Made by a program: the position numbers and the translations under genes
Notes under the pieces: model-generated
The model's database searches: none
Seen by the model: the letters and a program-made list of their open reading frames with translations, nothing else
What the model was told of the DNA's origin: nothing
In this document: piece by piece, positions 6,988 to 15,379 of the stretch
How the letters are laid out: each line of letters begins with the position of its first letter
How positions within the stretch are numbered: the stretch's first letter is position 1
Assembly (NCBI GenBank): GCA_043753995.1
Contig: JAYUVP010000053.1
Location: 1-24,797, forward strand
Source: Fibrobacterota bacterium
GTDB taxonomy: Bacteria > Fibrobacterota > Fibrobacteria > UBA11236
Direction: 5' to 3'
Length of the DNA stretch: 24,797 nt

Positions 6988-8505
6988 CTAAACCTGAACC
7001 TCTCCGAGTAGGGCACTAAAAGCTTTTAATTGACGTAAGCTCTGGATGTCTGGGTCATTTACGAGGCGATCCCAATCGGAAAAGCCGCTTTCCATGGCAC
7101 GGTGCAAGGTGGTTAAGGCGTCGTCGCGATTGCCTGCCCGTGTTTGTGCGCAGGCATAGTTATAAAGCAAATCGGGGTTTTCAGGTTGCTGCTGCAAGGT
7201 CGTTTCCAAGCAATTCAAGGCTTCGGTAACCTGGCCAAGGCCTAAATGCACCATGGCTAATTCTGAAGCGACCCGGGCATCCCCCGGTTCCATTTCTTGG
7301 GCCCGTCGCAAGCGGGGTTCGGCCAAGGCCAGGGCTCCGTTCTCGCGTAGCATCATGCCCAGCAAGGTGAGTGAGCTGAGGCTTTCCCCCTCGCTGGCCA
7401 AGGTTTTTTCCATCCGGGTGATGGCCTCACGTAATTTACCGGTTTTCCAAAGCGTCACGGTATGAATGAGGCCTAGGCCGTTTTGATCGGGATCCGAGGC
7501 CCGCTCACAGTGCATGAGCGCCAAATTGAATTGCCCCAAGTCGAGTAGAACCGAAAGTGCCGCTTTTCGGTCTTCAGGGTTCAGAGCGGGCAGGGACAGA
7601 ATTCGTTTCAGTAAGGTGACAGCCTCTTCATGTTGGGTTTCCTGTGCCAAAACCCGTGCTAAACCAATTAAGGATGGCAAGTGTTCTTCCTGCACCCGCA
7701 GGGCTTTGCGAAAGCATTCCCGTGCCAGTTTCATCTCGCCTTGGTGGTAATGAATGCGCCCCTGCAAATGCAGGCTATCTGGGGAATCGGGCTTCAGGGC
7801 CAAGGCTTTTTGCAAGGCTAAAAGGGCTTCGTTCGCGCGACCGCTCTCAAAGAGAAGCAAGGCGCGATTGTAAAAAGCACATTCGAAATTCTCGTCTTTG
7901 CGGGTGCAAAGATCGAAATGCTCCATGGCCTTTTCGCGCAATCCCAGCCTGACTTCCACATTGGCTTGATTGAATAGGGCGTCTACATAATCTGGCGCAG
8001 CTTCATAGGCTTGTTGAAACAAAACCAAGGCCTGGGCATAGTCGCCGCGCAGGAAATGAATTTGTCCTTGGGCATTGCGAAGCGCAGGGTGAGCCAGGGA
8101 TCGCTTGAGACCCTGTTCGCATAGGTCCCAGGCCGCGTCAAGCTTTTGCAGGTGAATAAGGCAATTGGCGCGATTGACTAGGGCATGCACATCATCGGGA
8201 TGCCGCTCTTGCACCGTGCTATAAATCTTTTCCGCGGCGACGAAATCGCCCTGGGCATACAGGGCATGGCCCTGATTGAGCCAAGGCTCACTTGCATCGC
8301 TTTTATTGCAGGCTTGTTGAAAAAAGCGCAGGGCCAAGTTGAGGTTGCCCTCTTCCATGGCCAATTCACCCATGGCATTGAACCAAGGTGGGTCGGTGAG
8401 GCCGGCCCTTTCCATTTTTCGCAAGGTTTGCCGCATGGCGGCGCGTAAGCCCTTGATTTTTTGATTGCGAAACAAAGCCCACAGGGCTTCGCTCATCGAG
8501 CTCAT
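6988..8505 (-). CDS. Tetratricopeptide repeat protein
   Basis: Many TPR units (e.g. ALVNRANCLIHLQKLDAA, ALFNQANVEVRLG, AFYNRALLLFESG) and a C-terminal YNYACA...A...GF...DPD..SLR TPR cap. Confidence 0.9.
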   Translation of the reverse strand: MSSMSEALWALFRNQKIKGLRAAMRQTLRKMERAGLTDPPWFNAMGELAMEEGNLNLALRFFQQACNKSDASEPWLNQGHALYAQGDFVAAEKIYSTVQERHPDDVHALVNRANCLIHLQKLDAAWDLCEQGLKRSLAHPALRNAQGQIHFLRGDYAQALVLFQQAYEAAPDYVDALFNQANVEVRLGLREKAMEHFDLCTRKDENFECAFYNRALLLFESGRANEALLALQKALALKPDSPDSLHLQGRIHYHQGEMKLARECFRKALRVQEEHLPSLIGLARVLAQETQHEEAVTLLKRILSLPALNPEDRKAALSVLLDLGQFNLALMHCERASDPDQNGLGLIHTVTLWKTGKLREAITRMEKTLASEGESLSSLTLLGMMLRENGALALAEPRLRRAQEMEPGDARVASELAMVHLGLGQVTEALNCLETTLQQQPENPDLLYNYACAQTRAGNRDDALTTLHRAMESGFSDWDRLVNDPDIQSLRQLKAFSALLGEVQV

Positions 8506-8569
8506 GCCAGATTCTACCCGGTGGCAGAAGCGGACAGGGAATGATTAAAGGGCGGTGTGGCTAAGAAAA

Positions 8570-8643
8570 TGGTTGGGATGCAAGGGGTCGAACCTCGATC
8601 GCCAGAGTCAGAATCTGGTGTCCTGCCATTGGACGACATCCCA
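8570..8643 (-). tRNA. tRNA-Gln (anticodon CTG)
   Basis: Minus strand TGGGATG...CCAGA-TTCTGAC-TCTGG...CGAGG-TTCGACC-CCTTG-CATCCCA-A-CCA folds as a cloverleaf. CCA is encoded. Confidence 0.95.
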
Positions 8644-8657
8644 TCGAGAGGGCGGAA

Positions 8658-8686
8658 AGTATACCAAAGGGCTTTAGGACTCACAA
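8658..8686 (-). promoter_or_regulatory. Putative sigma70 promoter for tRNA-Gln
   Basis: Minus strand TTGTGA-17 nt-TATACT with a TGn extension, 14 nt upstream of the tRNA. Confidence 0.6.
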
Positions 8687-8735
8687 GATGGCAATGAGAG
8701 TCTTTGGCTTTGAATGTAAGGTTTTAGGAAAATGC

Positions 8736-8763
8736 TCAAGCCGAGCCTGTATCCTGCCGACGA
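8736..8763 (+). promoter_or_regulatory. Putative sigma28 (FliA)-type promoter
   Basis: TCAA-16 nt-GCCGACGA versus the consensus TAAA-N15/16-GCCGATAA, about 40 nt upstream of an RBS-equipped ORF. Confidence 0.45.
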
Positions 8764-8803
8764 AAGAGATATGGGGGTGATTTTAGCTCCCCTTGGAGGA
8801 AAT

Positions 8804-8986
8804 ATGCGTCCATCGGCTCGCCATCTCACTTCGCCTGCCGATCGCATTCCGATGTTTCAGGGACGCCCGATTCGTCAGGAAAGCATCACCAAGGACGATG
8901 TGCTCAATCTCATTATCGCCCTCGAATTGCATGCCGATATCGCCGAGATATGCGCAGACAAGCATCTTTTCGATAGCTCGCGTTGA
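8804..8986 (+). CDS. Small hypothetical protein (60 aa)
   Basis: GGAGG RBS at 8795-8799 before ATG 8804. The product has an amphipathic helical segment, RPIRQESITKDDVLNLIIALELHADIAEI. Confidence 0.6.
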   Translation: MRPSARHLTSPADRIPMFQGRPIRQESITKDDVLNLIIALELHADIAEICADKHLFDSSR

Positions 8987-9117
8987 AGGCTTGAAAACTT
9001 GAGCCTAGGGCCCTAACCACAAATGGGGGGTGAGCAGCCGATCGCCCTCACCTCGATATCACTTTCCAGGGGCGCGTAGCTTTGGCACCTTTGCTTGCAA
9101 AGGAAAATCCCCCTTTC

Positions 9118-10905
9118 ATGTCTTCTCATCCCGCGAAGCCCAAGCCGACCTTTCGTCAAAGGTTGGTATTCGTTTGGCCCTATCTAAAACGCCATAAAAG
9201 ACCCATTCTTTGGGGCTGGATTTTCGTGGCCGTCTCCACGGCCTTGGATCAAATCTCGCCCTGGATGGTCAAAATCCTCCTGGACTCCTTAGAACAGGGA
9301 CGCGGCATGCATGCCGTGTGGGCCCCGGTCGGCGGAATGCTTGCGGCGACCTTGGTTAGCGGTCTCATGCTCTATTACCAGCGACTTTGGGTGATTCAAG
9401 CCTCGCGTGCCATTGAATATGAAATGCGCCGAGACCTATTCGACAGTCTTTTGCGCCAACCCAAAACCTTTTTCGACAAGCATGCCGTCGGCGATCTCAT
9501 GTCGCGCGCCACCAATGATTTGGATCGCGTACGCGATTTAGTCGGTCCAGCCGTTTTACACCTGGCCCGCATGGGCTGCATACTGATTTACACCGTAATT
9601 TGCGTTTCCCTAATCCACTGGAAATTAGCCGCCGTCGGACTTTTGCCCGCCTTGATGATCCCCTTCATCGCCAATCGTTTTTTGGGCAAGATGTATGCCC
9701 TCTTCGGTGGGATTCAGAAAAGCCTTTCCAATCTCAATACCTTCGTGCAAGACACCGTGACCGGCGTGCAGGTGGTCAAAGGCTTTGGCCGCGAGTCTGC
9801 TTTTGAAACCCGATTTGAAAAAGCCAGCGCTGATTTGAAAGAGGCTTCTCTCAAGGTGGCTTGGTTTAACTCGTCGATTTGGCCGGCCATGGGTGTGCTC
9901 GGCGCCATCGGGGTCATCTTGACTTGCTGGGTCGGCGGACGCATGGTCATTCAGCAGGAAATGTCGGTAGGCGAATTATCTGCCGCCATCATGTATTTGC
10001 TGCGCTTGCAATTCCCCCTGATCGGCTTGGGTTGGGTGGCCAGCATGATACAGCGCGCTAGCGCCAGCCTCGACAGGCTTTCGACTTTGTGGGTGGCGAC
10101 GGCAGGCAGCGAAGACGCAGGAGCCGAGGTTAGACGCCGTCCCGCGCGCGCGGCGGTCTTTCAAACCTTGAATGCCGAGCAATTGGATTTCAGTTATGAC
10201 GGCAAACACCCGGTGCTTGCAAAGGTGGATGTCGAAATTCGCCCTGGGAAAACTTTGGGCATCGTAGGCCCCACGGGATCGGGCAAAACCACTTTATTGC
10301 ATTTGCTTTGCGGACTTTACCCTCCCACTGCCGGGCATTTGCGACTCGATGGCCGCGAGCGCGCGGATTATAAAGGAGACGATTGGCGCGATCGCTTTGC
10401 CTATGCCCCACAAGACGGCTTTTTGTTTTCACGAAGCATTCGCGAGAATATCGGTTTCGGCGAACGCGAAGGCTCGCGCCTTTCCATCGAGCAAGCCGCC
10501 GATTGGGCTGGCCTCTCCAAGGATATCGAACAGTTTCCCCAGGGCTATGACTCCTTGCTGGGCGAGCGGGGCATCAATTTGAGCGGCGGTCAACGCCAGC
10601 GGGTGGGCCTGGCGCGCGCCTTTATTTCCGATGCTCCGATTTTATGCCTCGACGACACCCTGTCGGCCTTAGATGCCGAAACCGAAGCCCAGGTCATACA
10701 CAATTTGCGTGAGCATCTTTCCGGCACTTCCTTGGTCGTCGTTTCCCATCGCTATTCCGCCGTGCGTGAATGCGATGAAATTCTGTATCTCGAAAATGGC
10801 GCCGTCAAAGAACGCGGCAATCACGAGACTCTGGTCGCCTTGGGCGGCTCTTACGCTGCCATTTGGCAACGCCAGCAACTTGTCGATGCCTTGGCTTCGG
10901 CCTGA
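9118..10905 (+). CDS. ABC exporter, fused permease/ATPase, heterodimer subunit 1 (MdlA/BmrC-like)
   Basis: N-terminal TM domain, Walker A GPTGSGKT, signature LSGGQRQR and a degenerate Walker B (LCLDD). ATG 9118 was preferred over TTG 9082. Confidence 0.9.
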   Translation: MSSHPAKPKPTFRQRLVFVWPYLKRHKRPILWGWIFVAVSTALDQISPWMVKILLDSLEQGRGMHAVWAPVGGMLAATLVSGLMLYYQRLWVIQASRAIEYEMRRDLFDSLLRQPKTFFDKHAVGDLMSRATNDLDRVRDLVGPAVLHLARMGCILIYTVICVSLIHWKLAAVGLLPALMIPFIANRFLGKMYALFGGIQKSLSNLNTFVQDTVTGVQVVKGFGRESAFETRFEKASADLKEASLKVAWFNSSIWPAMGVLGAIGVILTCWVGGRMVIQQEMSVGELSAAIMYLLRLQFPLIGLGWVASMIQRASASLDRLSTLWVATAGSEDAGAEVRRRPARAAVFQTLNAEQLDFSYDGKHPVLAKVDVEIRPGKTLGIVGPTGSGKTTLLHLLCGLYPPTAGHLRLDGRERADYKGDDWRDRFAYAPQDGFLFSRSIRENIGFGEREGSRLSIEQAADWAGLSKDIEQFPQGYDSLLGERGINLSGGQRQRVGLARAFISDAPILCLDDTLSALDAETEAQVIHNLREHLSGTSLVVVSHRYSAVRECDEILYLENGAVKERGNHETLVALGGSYAAIWQRQQLVDALASA

Positions 10906-10921
10906 AAGAATGAAGTAAAGC

Positions 10922-12751
10922 ATGGCCGCCAATGACGTGATTGAAGCCGACAAAGTCCGTTCTTTTCTCGATCGCAAGCTATGGATGCGCGTAGTCGTTT
11001 TGGTCAAAGACCATCGCGCCTTGGCCCTGCTTGCTTTCGTATTGCTGCTCGTGGCGGAAATTTTGCCCATGTTCATGCCTCGCGTTTTGCGGGCCATGAT
11101 TGATGGTCCGGTTCGCCTTCGCCACTTGGAAGGGGCTCTCCCCTATTTATTCGCCTTTGTGGGACTCACCTTGGCGGGTGGCTTGCTCGAATACGCTCGC
11201 TCCATCACCAGCCAAAAACTCGGCCTCGACATCATTCACACCTTACGCGTCACCTTATTCCGTCGCGTCATTCGCTTCGACATGTCCTTTTACCATCGCA
11301 CCCCCGTGGGTCGATTGATGACGCGTTTTTCCAATGACATTGACTCCTTGAGCAGCATGTTCACCGAAGGATTGGTCGAATTAATTGGCAATCTCTTTTT
11401 ACTGGCCTATGCCGTGATTTTCATGCTTCTACTCGATTGGAAACTGGCCATGGCCTCCCTGGTGGTTTTGCCCTTTATGTGGTTCAATACCACGGTTTTC
11501 CGCAAACGCGTACGTGCCAGCAATACTGAAATCCGAGGTTATGTCGCCGCCATGAATGCCAATTTGCAGGAAAGCTTGGCGGGCATTCCTATAGTGAAAA
11601 TTTTCAACCGCATGCGCACCGTGCGCGATGAATTCGATCGGGTGAATAGTGATTTGCGCGGAGCATGGTTTCGCAATGTGCGCTATTATGCGACCTTTTT
11701 CCCCTTCAATTTCGGCCTCACGGAAATCAGCTTGGCCGTGCTCAGCTTCGTCGGCGCATGGTTGTTTTATCGCCATGAAACCTCGCTGGGTACCTTGATT
11801 GCTTTTTCCTGGTATACCGGTCTTTTTTATCGGCCCTTGCGAGAACTCAGCGATAAAATCACGGCCTTGCAAAGTGCCATGTCGGCCGCCGAAAGGGTTT
11901 TCACCCTTTATGACACCGAGGCGAATTTGCCCGATGGCAGCCAACCCCTGCCGCATGGCTTGCCTTCGATAGCCTTTGAGCAAGTGCGCTTCAGCTATCG
12001 CACGGGCAAGGAAGTTTTACACGGCATCAGTTTTCAAGTGCAGCCCGGAGAAATGGTGGCCCTCGTTGGCGCCACCGGGAGCGGCAAGAGCACGGTCATC
12101 AATTTGATCAGCCGTTATTATCTCGTGCAACAAGGTCAGATTCGGCTAGGCGGCGTGCCCGTGGAGAACTTGCAAGAAGCCAGCCTGCGCCAGCATCTCG
12201 CCGTCATTCCGCAGGACGTGTATTTGTTTGCCGAGTCGGTGGCCTTCAATATCGCCCTAACTCCTGATTTTGATTTGGATCGAGTGCGCGATGTGTGTCG
12301 CCTCGTCAAGGCCGACTCCTTTATCGAGCGTATGCCCGAAGGCTATTTGACCTTTCTCAAGGAGCGAGGTGAAAATCTTTCCTTAGGACAGCGCCAATTA
12401 TTGGCCTTTGCCCGTGCACTATATCAAAAACCAACCTTGCTTTTGCTCGATGAAGCCACGGCTTCCGTGGACTCGGAAACCGAGCATTTGGTGCAGCAAG
12501 CCCTGGACACGGTTTTGCAGCAAGTGACCTCGGTGGTGGTGGCCCATAGGCTTTCCACCATCCAGAAGGCCAAGCGAATCTTGGTTTTTCACAAGGGCGA
12601 AATCCGCGAAGAGGGCACTCATCAGGAATTGCTCGCCCAGGGCGGCATTTACCACAAGCTCTATTTACTGCAAACCTTGGGCGGAGGCAGCGCAGAATTG
12701 ACCGAAACCGAATCTGACTCCAAAATTGCAGCCAAACCCATCAATTATTGA
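10922..12751 (+). CDS. ABC exporter, fused permease/ATPase, heterodimer subunit 2 (MdlB/BmrD-like)
   Basis: TM domain, Walker A GATGSGKS, degenerate signature LSLGQRQL, canonical LLLDEAT and AHRLST. Confidence 0.9.
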   Translation: MAANDVIEADKVRSFLDRKLWMRVVVLVKDHRALALLAFVLLLVAEILPMFMPRVLRAMIDGPVRLRHLEGALPYLFAFVGLTLAGGLLEYARSITSQKLGLDIIHTLRVTLFRRVIRFDMSFYHRTPVGRLMTRFSNDIDSLSSMFTEGLVELIGNLFLLAYAVIFMLLLDWKLAMASLVVLPFMWFNTTVFRKRVRASNTEIRGYVAAMNANLQESLAGIPIVKIFNRMRTVRDEFDRVNSDLRGAWFRNVRYYATFFPFNFGLTEISLAVLSFVGAWLFYRHETSLGTLIAFSWYTGLFYRPLRELSDKITALQSAMSAAERVFTLYDTEANLPDGSQPLPHGLPSIAFEQVRFSYRTGKEVLHGISFQVQPGEMVALVGATGSGKSTVINLISRYYLVQQGQIRLGGVPVENLQEASLRQHLAVIPQDVYLFAESVAFNIALTPDFDLDRVRDVCRLVKADSFIERMPEGYLTFLKERGENLSLGQRQLLAFARALYQKPTLLLLDEATASVDSETEHLVQQALDTVLQQVTSVVVAHRLSTIQKAKRILVFHKGEIREEGTHQELLAQGGIYHKLYLLQTLGGGSAELTETESDSKIAAKPINY

Positions 12752-12775
12752 ATTTTCGGGGAATTTTCTTATACT
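12748..12775 (+). promoter_or_regulatory. Putative sigma70 promoter for tRNA-Ser/rpoZ
   Basis: TTGAAT-16 nt-TATACT followed by a GC-rich discriminator (TGCCGGGC) just before the tRNA. Confidence 0.55.
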
Positions 12776-12786
12776 TGCCGGGCACT

Positions 12787-12873
12787 AGAGAGTTGTCCGA
12801 GCGGTTTAAGGTACATGCTTGGAAAGCATGTTGGCCGTAACTGGCCACGGGGGTTCGAATCCCCCACTCTCTG
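12787..12873 (+). tRNA. tRNA-Ser (anticodon GGA)
   Basis: AGAGAGT/ACTCTCT acceptor stem, CATGC-TTGGAAA-GCATG anticodon arm, long variable arm TGGCC-GTAACT-GGCCA, GGGGG-TTCGAAT-CCCCC T arm and G73. CCA is not encoded. Confidence 0.95.
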
Positions 12874-12937
12874 TTGTCTTTACATGCTATGATGTTAGTT
12901 CGAGAGACAAATTGGAAAACAAAGAACGAGGTTTGAC

Positions 12938-13153
12938 ATGCCCATGAAAGAACACTTGGCCCTAGAGACTTGCTATGCCAAGAATATTTCGGCCTTTCGC
13001 ACCGTGATCATGACGGCTCAAGAAGCCCGTTTTATCAATGAGCAGGCGAATTTGGGCTTTATCAAGCTGGCTGAAAAGCCCACCACCATTGCCATTCGTA
13101 AATTCAAGAATGACCGTCTTCAGGTTTTGCCTGACGAGACCAAAACCCCTTAA
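12938..13153 (+). CDS. rpoZ: Probable DNA-directed RNA polymerase omega subunit (divergent)
   Basis: 71 aa with a GAGGT RBS. SAFRTVIMTAQEARFIN and KPTTIAIRKF..DRL align by eye with the omega motifs (NRY.LV..AA.RARQI; KP...A..E...GK). It lies directly upstream of coaBC, a common synteny. Confidence 0.7.
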   Translation: MPMKEHLALETCYAKNISAFRTVIMTAQEARFINEQANLGFIKLAEKPTTIAIRKFKNDRLQVLPDETKTP

Positions 13154-13180
13154 TTTCGCCGTTGGTATAGCCCTGGTGAA

Positions 13181-13210
13181 AGACGGAGGTTTAGGCCTCC
13201 GTTTTTGTTT
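13181..13210 (+). terminator. Rho-independent terminator after rpoZ
   Basis: ACGGAGG-TTTAGG-CCTCCGT stem-loop followed by TTTTGTTT. Confidence 0.7.
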
Positions 13211-13271
13211 GGGCACGAAGTACTCTTTTTTGATTTAATCTGAGGCAAAAGCCACGATTCAGGAGGAGAAC

Positions 13272-14489
13272 ATGCTGCGGGGCAAGCGAGTGTTGGTCGG
13301 CGTCACCGGCAGCATAGCCGCCTACAAAGCCTGTGATTTGGTGCAGCGCCTCAAGGATCAAGGCGCCGAAGTACGCGTGGCCATGACTCCCGAAGCCACC
13401 TTGCTGATTCATCCCAATACCTTTGCCGCCTTGACCGGACATGCCGTCCTCACCGATGCCTGGAGCGGCGTGGCCGAAGGCCGCATGGACCATATTGCTT
13501 GGTCACGCTGGGCTGAAGTCTATCTCATTGCTCCTGCAAGCGCTCAAATCATTGGGCAGCTGGCGCATGGTCTCACCGACAATATCCTTGGGCTTTTGGC
13601 CCTGGCCTTTGCTGGACCGGTTTTCCTGGCTCCGGCCATGAATACGCAAATGCTGCATCATCCTGCCGTGCAGGCCAATTTGGCGACTCTGAAGCCAAGA
13701 GGCGTGGTGGTTTTGCCCACTGGCGAAGGCGTGCTGGCCTGCGGCGAAGTGGGTGAAGGAAAACTATTGGAAGTGAATTCCATAGTGGCCCATTTACGCA
13801 CCTGCCTGGCTCATGGTGCCGAATCGCAGCCCGCATGGTGCGGCAAAAAGGTGGTATTGACCTTTGGCCATACTCAGGAAAGCATTGACGATGTGCGTTT
13901 TCTGAGCAATCGCAGCAGCGGCAAAACCGGTCAAGCTTTGGCGCGTGCCTTGTGGCGGGCCGGAGCCGAAGTGCATGCCATTGCTGGAGTGGTGGATGCT
14001 CCTTTGGCAGGCGAATATGCTTCCCTGACCCCAGTGAAAACCAGCTTGGAATTTCAAGCCGCTTTGCAACCCTTGGCGAAGCAAGCCGATGTCATTATCA
14101 TGGCGGCGGCGATTTCGGATTATGTGCCAGCCCATCCGAAAAATGGAAAAATAAAAGATTCGAAGTCTATGCTAAACCTAGAGTTGCAAGAATCTCCGCA
14201 TTTATTGAAGGAGCTGGGAAAACACAAATCTGCGGGGCAGATCTTGGTAGGCTTTGCCCTGGAGACGGAAAATCCCGTGGCGGAAGCTCAGCGTAAATTG
14301 GTGGAGCGCAATTGCGACTTTGTGGTGGTGAATAATCCGGTCGCTCATGATAGCGGTTTTGGGCGCGACGAAGTTTTGGCGGGCTTGATTTCGAAACAAG
14401 GCGTGGTTTTGCCTTTGGCGGCACGTAGCAAGGAAGCGCTTGCCTCCGATCTCCTCAAGGCCATCGCCGAGGCCTGGTCAAAGCCATGA
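13272..14489 (+). CDS. coaBC: Bifunctional phosphopantothenoylcysteine decarboxylase / phosphopantothenate-cysteine ligase
   Basis: Motifs GVTGSIAAYKA, HI, APAMN..M, LACGEVGEGK, IDDVRFLSNRSSGK, AAAISDY and VGFALET. AGGAGG RBS. Confidence 0.97.
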   Translation: MLRGKRVLVGVTGSIAAYKACDLVQRLKDQGAEVRVAMTPEATLLIHPNTFAALTGHAVLTDAWSGVAEGRMDHIAWSRWAEVYLIAPASAQIIGQLAHGLTDNILGLLALAFAGPVFLAPAMNTQMLHHPAVQANLATLKPRGVVVLPTGEGVLACGEVGEGKLLEVNSIVAHLRTCLAHGAESQPAWCGKKVVLTFGHTQESIDDVRFLSNRSSGKTGQALARALWRAGAEVHAIAGVVDAPLAGEYASLTPVKTSLEFQAALQPLAKQADVIIMAAAISDYVPAHPKNGKIKDSKSMLNLELQESPHLLKELGKHKSAGQILVGFALETENPVAEAQRKLVERNCDFVVVNNPVAHDSGFGRDEVLAGLISKQGVVLPLAARSKEALASDLLKAIAEAWSKP

Positions 14490-15379
14490 TGACCCTTTTG
14501 CAACGCTATCTCGCCTATCAGCGAGATATTGGCTTGGATGAAGTGATTTTCGCCCAACCCTGGGTCGACCCCACAACCAAGAAAAGCGTCCCAAAGCCGA
14601 GCCCAAGCCCGGAACTGGCCCAGGTCGAAAATGCTCAAGCTTATTTGCGTAATATCGCGGAAAATCTGGCTTTAAAGAATGCAGGTAAGCCCGATTCCGC
14701 GCCCATTTCCGAGCCGAAATCTGCAACTGTTGGAGCCCCCAAAAGCCAGGCAAAGCCGAAGGAAATACCTGCGGCGGCACCTATGCCTTTGGCAGAATTA
14801 CCTGCCTTTTCCGATCTTTCGGCCTTTCGTCAGGCCCTACTGACGGCTCTACCGGGTTTGCATCCCATGCCGCGCGGCACGGCGGCTCCATCGTGGATAC
14901 TCGGCCAAGGTCCGGGCACGCCAGTATTAGCCGTCGTCCTCATGCAGCCCAATCCCGACGCCAAAAGCGAAACCGGCCCGGCGGCGGGCGCCGAAGGTGA
15001 ATTGCTGGGTCGAATGCTCAAGGCGATTCGCTTGGATATGGGTAATCTCTATGTGACCTCGCTGATGCGTGCACGGCATCCCGGACGAGGATGGGCGCGC
15101 AAAGATGTGGTTCGCTTAATACCTTGGTTGGCGGCAGAGTTGCGGTGGGTTCGGCCCCAGGTGATTTTGGCCCTGGGTGAGGACACAGCCCAAGCCTTGA
15201 TTCGCCTGGGAAGCGGTTATGAAACCCTTCGGCAAAAAGTTCATGAATTCGCCGGCTTCGAAATGGCCATGACCCTTGATCCGGCTCAGCTCTTATCTCA
15301 GGAAGACAAAAAGCGGGATGCGTGGAAAGATTTGCAATGGCTGATGCAATGTCTGCGGGAAAAGGACGCTTCGACCTGA
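14486..15379 (+). CDS. Uracil-DNA glycosylase family-4-like fold protein, catalytic and Fe-S motifs degenerate
   Basis: Family-4 scaffold: G.LL..ML.AI.L...LYVT, LxxEL..VRP.VILALG..A, P..LL....KR.AW.DL. Sits between coaBC and dnaB. Confidence 0.75.
   Translation: MMTLLQRYLAYQRDIGLDEVIFAQPWVDPTTKKSVPKPSPSPELAQVENAQAYLRNIAENLALKNAGKPDSAPISEPKSATVGAPKSQAKPKEIPAAAPMPLAELPAFSDLSAFRQALLTALPGLHPMPRGTAAPSWILGQGPGTPVLAVVLMQPNPDAKSETGPAAGAEGELLGRMLKAIRLDMGNLYVTSLMRARHPGRGWARKDVVRLIPWLAAELRWVRPQVILALGEDTAQALIRLGSGYETLRQKVHEFAGFEMAMTLDPAQLLSQEDKKRDAWKDLQWLMQCLREKDAST

Noticed and set aside
9083..9099. Sigma54-like TGGCAC...TTGCA upstream of the ABC exporter
   Set aside because: The GG and GC dinucleotides are 11 nt apart rather than the strictly required 10.
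8570..12873. Integrative element between or next to the two tRNA genes
   Set aside because: No integrase and no duplicated tRNA 3' end (att site) was seen, and the intervening genes look chromosomal.
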